Virus record (IMG/VR): IMGVR_UViG_3300013947_000021
Span: 157,228 to 221,227 of that record
DNA: 64,000 nucleotides
Source: a virus
Lineage: Duplodnaviria > Caudoviricetes
Direction: 5' to 3' (one strand)
Each line of letters begins with the position of its first letter. The first letter of the stretch is position 1. The translations under genes were made by a program, and so were the position numbers. The notes under the pieces are model-generated. The model searched no databases. It had not been told where the DNA came from and was given only the letters and a program-made list of their open reading frames with translations. Below, one piece after another: positions 61,435 to 64,000 of the stretch.

Positions 61435-61580
61435 AATAAAAACCTCCTTTATAATATAATACAAATCCCCTAGCTATTACACTAGGGGATTTGTATTGTT
61501 AAAACTTTTGCAATAACTTGTTTTTAAATAAGACACGTATATCGTTTTTATTCGATAAATCTATATTTTTATAGATTTAT

Positions 61581-62732
61581 TTAATTGTTTGGTACTATGT
61601 AAACATTTACTCCTCTCTTAGTTACAGGACCACAATCTTCATGAGTAGGACAGCATATATCTATAAGACCATCTCTAGGTCCTCTATCTTCTACTACATA
61701 ATATCCATATCCTTCAATATATATTGTGGTTCCAAAAGGTAAAGATGGACCAGCAGCTACTGTATATCCATTTATAGCTTTTACTCCACTTGCAGTTATG
61801 CCTTCAGCAGATTCACAGCAATGAACGCATCCTGGAGTATATCCAGTAATTCTCCATGCACCTACTAATTCATAACCAGATGTATCTACTTCTCCTGTGT
61901 AGTTTTTCATATCACTACCATCAGGTACAGTTATATCAACAGCAGGATTCATTCTAGTTCCATATTGGTATTCTCCATTTGTTCCTGCTTTAATAGTAGT
62001 TCCTTTTACCGAATCCTGAAATTCTTTAAGAGACTTTGCAAATTGATTTGCAATATCCTCATTTATTTTTAATAATTCAGGATCATCTTTAGAAGGGATA
62101 ATTATTTCCATACCAGCATGAATATATCCTTCTATTTTATTATATTTCTGAAGAGCTTTAAAAAGTTCTCCAGTTCCATAATATTTTGTAGCTATAGTAT
62201 ACCAGTTATCTCCATTCTGAATAGTATACTTAGTTCCATTATTTGATACTGTATAATTTGTAGGTATTTCTGCTTTTACATCTTTTATTTCAGAAACAAG
62301 TACAGAATTATCAGGTTTTGGTTTTTCTACAATAGATGGCTGTTCAATAACTTCTATTGTTTCTTCTTCTGGAAAAACAATTTCTTCATTAATAGATTCT
62401 TCTAGTTCAGAACCATTATCTTTTTCAGATAATTCGATATTTGGTTCATAACTAAAATCTGCTTCTATATTAGAAGTTATTATTTCTTCTTCAAATTCAG
62501 GGTTATTGAAATAAATCGCTCTAAATCTTACCGATTCTTTTATATCCCCTTCTATATAATCAGTATTAATAGATTCAGTAGTTTCTTCAATAATGGTGGT
62601 TTCTGTGGTGTCATTAATACCTATGGAATCTTTTCTTTCATCCGTCATTCCCATTATACAGATTATCATGCATATTACTATTATGACAGTCATTATTATA
62701 ATAGAAATATTGAATTTGGTAAAAATATTCAT
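61581..62732 (-). CDS. Membrane-anchored LysM plus 3D-domain cell-wall enzyme
   Basis: N-terminal TM helix, acidic linker, LysM (YTIQNGDNW), 3D domain (ITGY, TASG, PFGT, EDRG, IDI). Confidence 0.85.
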   Translation of the reverse strand: MNIFTKFNISIIIMTVIIVICMIICIMGMTDERKDSIGINDTTETTIIEETTESINTDYIEGDIKESVRFRAIYFNNPEFEEEIITSNIEADFSYEPNIELSEKDNGSELEESINEEIVFPEEETIEVIEQPSIVEKPKPDNSVLVSEIKDVKAEIPTNYTVSNNGTKYTIQNGDNWYTIATKYYGTGELFKALQKYNKIEGYIHAGMEIIIPSKDDPELLKINEDIANQFAKSLKEFQDSVKGTTIKAGTNGEYQYGTRMNPAVDITVPDGSDMKNYTGEVDTSGYELVGAWRITGYTPGCVHCCESAEGITASGVKAINGYTVAAGPSLPFGTTIYIEGYGYYVVEDRGPRDGLIDICCPTHEDCGPVTKRGVNVYIVPNN

Positions 62733-62801
62733 AGTTTTTAAATCTCCTTTAATTTTAGACAAAAAGATACACCTAGAGTTTTCTCTAGGTGTTTTTATAT
62801 T

Positions 62802-62957
62802 TTACTTCTTGTCTTTATTTTCTTTGTTATTAGATTTTTCATCTGCTTTAGACTTAAGGTCTTTTTTCTTGAGCTTGTTTTCGGCAATAGGATTAAATCC
62901 AAGTCCATTACCTGCAACAAAACCCTGTTCAGTAATAACTCCAATATTCTTACTCAT
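62802..62957 (-). CDS. 51-aa Lys-rich small protein missing from the ORF track
   Basis: AAAGGAGG RBS, GATATTAT at 63023-63030, terminator near 62769-62792; MSKNIGVITEQGFVAGNGLGFNP... Confidence 0.7.
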   Translation of the reverse strand: MSKNIGVITEQGFVAGNGLGFNPIAENKLKKKDLKSKADEKSNNKENKDKK

Positions 62958-63040
62958 ATTAGAATTCCTCCTTTATATAAGAATTTATTTTATGAGTTTA
63001 TTTCTATGTATAACTCAATTTTATAATATCCAATTATTAT

Positions 63041-63766
63041 TTAACTTTCTCTACTTACCTTTGCCTGTTTATCTGCTAAAGTCTTAGGAAGCATATAATC
63101 ATTATTAAGTATATTAGTATTAAGTAATGAAGATATCATATATGCATTTAAAGTGTTTTTAGCAATAGAATCTGTTTCAGATATTTTAATATCTTTTTCA
63201 GATATCTTTCCAAGTACAGAAATAGTTTGATATGCTTCAGATTTAGCATCCATATAGTCTGCTCTCCAAGTAGACATTTCTTCCATAGTTTTATCAAGAC
63301 CTATAACTGCTAATGCTTCCATTTCTCTATCTGCAGTTTTGCCACCTTTATCATGTCCTACAAGTAATCCAGATTTCATATCTCTATTATCTATATTAGA
63401 AGGAGTAGAATTTTTCTTTGTAAGAAACTGTTTCATCTTCTTTATATGAATATAGATAACCATTCCAGGTTTAGACCATACTGGATTTCCTTTGGAATCT
63501 GTATATAAATATGGTAATGCTACTTTTTCAAGTAGAGGTACATTTAATACTTTTAATGCATCTTCTATTTCATACATTTTAGGTTCTATTTCAAAAGGTT
63601 TGGTATGAAATCTAAAAGGTAAATTCTTTTTACAAAATTCTAGGAATTGAGTATCTGTCATAGAAGAAAATAACTTTTGGTAATATGCACTATTATATCC
63701 TTTACTATCTAATTTATCCATAACAGAATATATTAATTCTTCTGCTTTTTGTCTTTTACTATTCAA
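63041..63766 (-). CDS. Probable virion RNA polymerase beta extreme C-terminal fragment
   Basis: YIHIKKMKQ..R..SG..GHDKGGKTADREMEAL parallels YxxKLxH..GGQRFGEME; GGAGG plus TTG start. Confidence 0.75.
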   Translation of the reverse strand: MNSKRQKAEELIYSVMDKLDSKGYNSAYYQKLFSSMTDTQFLEFCKKNLPFRFHTKPFEIEPKMYEIEDALKVLNVPLLEKVALPYLYTDSKGNPVWSKPGMVIYIHIKKMKQFLTKKNSTPSNIDNRDMKSGLLVGHDKGGKTADREMEALAVIGLDKTMEEMSTWRADYMDAKSEAYQTISVLGKISEKDIKISETDSIAKNTLNAYMISSLLNTNILNNDYMLPKTLADKQAKVSRES

Positions 63767-63923
63767 AGTTATTGGACCTCCTTTATATATAGTATATTTT
63801 AATATAATGTCAATAGAAATAATTAATTAAGATAGATTATTAAAAAATATATGTAAAATGTAATAAAATAATAAAGAACTAACAAAATTGTAAGGGCCAA
63901 AAGGAAGGGCTAGGGGTAAGGAG

Positions 63924-64000
63924 AAAATAGAATAAAATATAAGATTAAAAAATATAAAAATAGAATAAAATATAAGATTAAAAAATATAAAAATAGAATA
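63924..64000. repeat. 33-bp tandem direct repeat running off the window
   Basis: AAAATAGAATAAAATATAAGATTAAAAAATATA at 63924 and 63957, third copy starting at 63990. Confidence 0.85.

Noticed and set aside
63924-64000. CRISPR array
   Set aside because: Repeats are contiguous with no spacers, and no cas genes are present
1-64000. Stop-codon reassignment, tRNAs, inteins, chimallin or PhuZ genes
   Set aside because: Conserved genes are full length in the standard code; I recognised no cloverleafs, intein ends, or shell/tubulin motifs, though divergent ones could be missed by eye

Overview
AT-rich 64 kb segment of a jumbo myovirus genome of the AR9/PBS1-phiKZ-related type, probably infecting a Bacillota host (Amidase_3-LysM endolysin, LysM-3D enzyme, strong GGAGG RBSs). 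It encodes head genes (probable major capsid, portal, T4 gp21-type prohead protease, terminase), a probable tail sheath and tube, and a cluster of paralogous fibre-like genes. It also has five fragments of two multisubunit RNA polymerases, a family B DNA polymerase split over two distant genes, a UvsW-like helicase, UvsX/RecA, SbcC and an NAD-dependent ligase. The catalytic polymerase gene is interrupted by a 352-nt ORF-less group I intron whose splice sites can be read from the sequence. Two promoter classes are visible: AAC[A/T]-N6-TA[A/G] and [G/T]ATATTAT followed by a 5' hairpin. The two most novel signals are: (1) a family of intergenic, promoter- and terminator-bounded small RNAs whose unpaired parts are antisense to Shine-Dalgarno/start-codon regions, with candidate targets inside the window; (2) a shared short peptide motif, roughly [LI]-x-P-[MF]-x-F, in tails or loops of the helicase, both polymerase halves, ligase and RNAP subunits. 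All calls come from reading motifs by eye; no database search or folding program was run.
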